Origin: Podarcis melisellensis
Taxonomy: Eukaryota
DNA: 64,000 bases
Assembly (NCBI GenBank): GCA_964234715.1
Contig: OZ174290.1
Reading direction: 5' to 3' (one strand)
Both the position numbers and the translations under genes were made by a program. Position 1 is the first letter of the stretch, and each line of letters starts with the position of its first letter. The notes under the pieces were generated by a model that did no database searches, was not told the DNA's origin, and was given only the letters and a program-made list of their open reading frames with translations. Positions 61,526 through 64,000 of this stretch are shown here, piece by piece.

Positions 61526-61742
61526 AATCATAGAATCGTAGAGTTCAAAGGGACCCCAAGGGTCATCTAGTCCAACCCCCTGCAATGCTGGAATCTCAGC
61601 TAAAACATCCATGACAGATGGCCATCCAACCTCTGCTTTAAAACCTCCAAGGAAGGAGAGTCCACAACTTCCGGAAAGAGACCGTTCCACTGTTGAATAG
61701 CTCTTACTGTCAGAAAGTTTTTCCATATATTTAGTTGGAATC
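61526..61742 (-). mobile_element. CR1 LINE 3' fragment
   Basis: aatcatagaatcgtagagttcaaagggacc...gatggccatccaacctctgc...; closely similar to 47389-47600. Confidence 0.88.
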
Positions 61743-62799
61743 AAACATTATGAGATGGACAAATTATTACTGCTAACCAGGTCATTGTGAGCTGTAATGA
61801 CTTGGGTCTAGTGCTACCATTAGGCCAGCTAGGCAGCCGCCTAGAGCACAGACCACAAAGAGGTGCAGTACTGCTCCTTGAGGGGCACAGTTTTATATCT
61901 GTGCTGTGACCTTATAGCAATAGCTCAAAGGTTTCCAAAATCTATGCTGCTGCAAGTACTTCTCTTCATACTACAACAAAAACTGCTGCACAAAGTGTCC
62001 AATGTTTCTGTTTCTTTAAGGATCCTTCCTACACTTCCAGTGTCACGGGAAAGTGGTAAACCCAGTTGCTCAAAGCTCAGACTTATAAAAACTTACATAT
62101 GCTCAACAGTTTTGCGAAAGAAACCAGTTAGCCTGACAGCTATGACAGTTGAACATGCCCAAGCATCAGCACTTGACCTGTAGTAATTGGTGACAAAATT
62201 TGCACACAAAGCAAGATGTTGATGTGCCTGAAATTGAAACTTTAAAGAGACTTAAATTTTAACATCACAGTTCACAAGCTTATTCAAAATGATTTGTGTG
62301 CTAAACCATTTTCTTTTGTATTTGTGAAGGATAATCAAATATTACTTATTCTGACAATCTAAAGTGAATTAAGCAGTTTCAAATTTTGTGCTTTTAATTC
62401 TTTCTACAAGACATCTGTTTCTGAAGTTAGCAATCTTTTTGGAGTGGTGGTGGTGCAAGAGTTAGCCTTGCCTAAACTGCAAAAGAGCTTGGCACCAGCA
62501 CCGTAGTGACGGATCTTGTTTTTATCATTGCATTCTCCCTCTCTCTTTGCATCCTATTACAGTATTTCAGAGGAAACTTTGACCGTTCCCATCCTTTGCC
62601 AGCCTTTTTTCATCTGGATGGATCAGAAGAAAAGTTAAATTGTGTCCAACCAGCAGTTTTCATGGAAAAGAGAAAAAGTGTTGTTTGCCCCCTTCTTTAC
62701 TTACGGGACTAATTAAAATGGATTAGCAGCTACCTCGGCTGACCTAGGCAAGGAGGTCTGGCCATTATTGTTGAAGAATAGGATGGTGATGGTGTTGAC

Positions 62800-63052
62800 C
62801 ATGGGTAGACAAACTAAGGCCCAGGGGCCGCATCTGGCCCAATCGCCTTCTAAATCCGGCCTGCGGACGGTCCAAGAATCAGCATGTTTTTACATGAGTA
62901 GAATGTGTCCTTTTATTGAAAATGCATCTCTTGGTTATTTGTGGGGCATAGGAATTCATTCATTCCCCCCCCCCAAAAAAAATAGTCCGGCCCCCCACAA
63001 TGTCTGAGGGACAGTGGACCGGCCCCCTGCTAAAAAGGTTTGCTGACCCCTG
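62800..63052. mobile_element. Non-autonomous hAT (Charlie-like) MITE
   Basis: Ends CATGGGTAGACAAAC / GTTTGCTGACCCCTG; GGCCC subterminal motifs; 8-bp TSD GTGTTGAC (62792-62799) / ATGTTGAC (63053-63060). Confidence 0.85.
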
Positions 63053-64000
63053 ATGTTGACTGACATGGGGGACCCAGGAGCCATGGGTACAAAACTCCAG
63101 ATGTTTATCGGTTATAATTGAGCACAGAGAACGATTTTTGTTCAAGGGGAAACTTAGAATCAAGGGCAACAAAGCACATTTTGAAAACAGTGTATGGCTT
63201 TCTACTCATGTCTCTGGAAGATTCATATGGCCACTTTTTAATATGCTGAAGGTGGGAGTTTGTTTTCTCAGGATGGTTTTTTGCATTAAAAAGTACCTGT
63301 GTTCTGTACACCTGGGCGTAGTTTGGCACCAGTGCTGATGTGGCTCCTCCTGAAAGACGAGGGTTGAGATATTCCTCATTGGAAAGTTTCATCTTTATGC
63401 AGTGCCATCATGAAAGAAAGAGGCGGCAGGGGGAGAGGCTGGTCCTGTTGGAAGCAAACCCTCACTCTGTGACAAAAAGGCCTTTGAAAATGATCACAGG
63501 GGCCTTTAGTTCTGTCGGCTTTTGATATAGACATAACTTGGGGGGAGAACAGGGTGCTGCCTTTGTTCAGCAGAAAAAGCAGACACACATTGTTAGTTTT
63601 AAGCTTTGGCGATAGATTCTGTCTGCTACACAGACGGCAGGAACATCTCTGATTTGATTGTATTTACATACATTCCAGTTCCAAACAGATTGTCGCCCCA
63701 ACACAGATGCCTGAGCTTTCTGTTTGCTAGAGCAGAGGTATATATGCTGTTCTTTGCACTTGCTGACAGCTGCCGAAGAAAGCTGCCTTTTTTCCAGTGT
63801 GCAACCAGTTGCTCTTCTTTTAATACCTACCAGGCTTGCCTGAAAGGCATCCGTTATCTGTTAAAGCCACAGGAGATTTTTCTTTCCTTCTGACAATCTG
63901 ACATGGGGGTTGTAAATGGGTGTTTCTGTAATTGGCATGTCTCCCTGAACTCCCCAGTTCTTAAAGATATATGTAAAACATGATTATCTTAATAGAACTT

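Larger units (their letters stand above)
19377..64000 (+). other. MSI2: 5' part of the long MSI2 intron downstream of the exon
   Basis: Starts with GTAAGT. The next exon (GFGFVTFENEDVVEK...) was not seen by eye in the remaining 44.6 kb. Confidence 0.75.

Noticed and set aside
1-64000. CRISPR arrays, operons or prokaryote-type defence systems
   Set aside because: The sequence is a vertebrate intron; there are no repeat-spacer arrays or gene-dense segments.

Overview
Vertebrate (squamate, most likely lacertid lizard) genomic DNA, almost entirely intronic. The only coding sequence I can support is a 49-nt internal exon at 19328-19376 (+) encoding VEDAMLMFDKTTNRHR(G), part of RRM2 of Musashi-2 (MSI2). 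I found neither neighbouring exon, so the window appears to be two very long MSI2 introns. These contain lizard-type repeats: a young Sauria SINE with a perfect 12-bp TSD, CR1 LINE 3' fragments, tRNA- and 5S-headed SINEs, Tc1/mariner (TA TSD) and hAT (8-bp TSD) MITEs, a probable antisense solo LTR, microsatellites and one 147-N gap. Apart from one CR1 ORF2 remnant, the ORF track looks spurious. I see no evidence of a new multi-gene system. The most interesting signals are at RNA level and are hypotheses: candidate poison/terminal cryptic exons (one with an SRRM4-type UGC motif, one enclosed by an inverted repeat with a UG tract), recursive-splice-like AG|GT sites, TE-borne pre-miRNA-like hairpins, a 5'-inverted tRNA-Ile SINE broken at its anticodon arm, and one CR1 tail shared by three element types. 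Repeat family names are from memory of consensus sequences, not from a database search.
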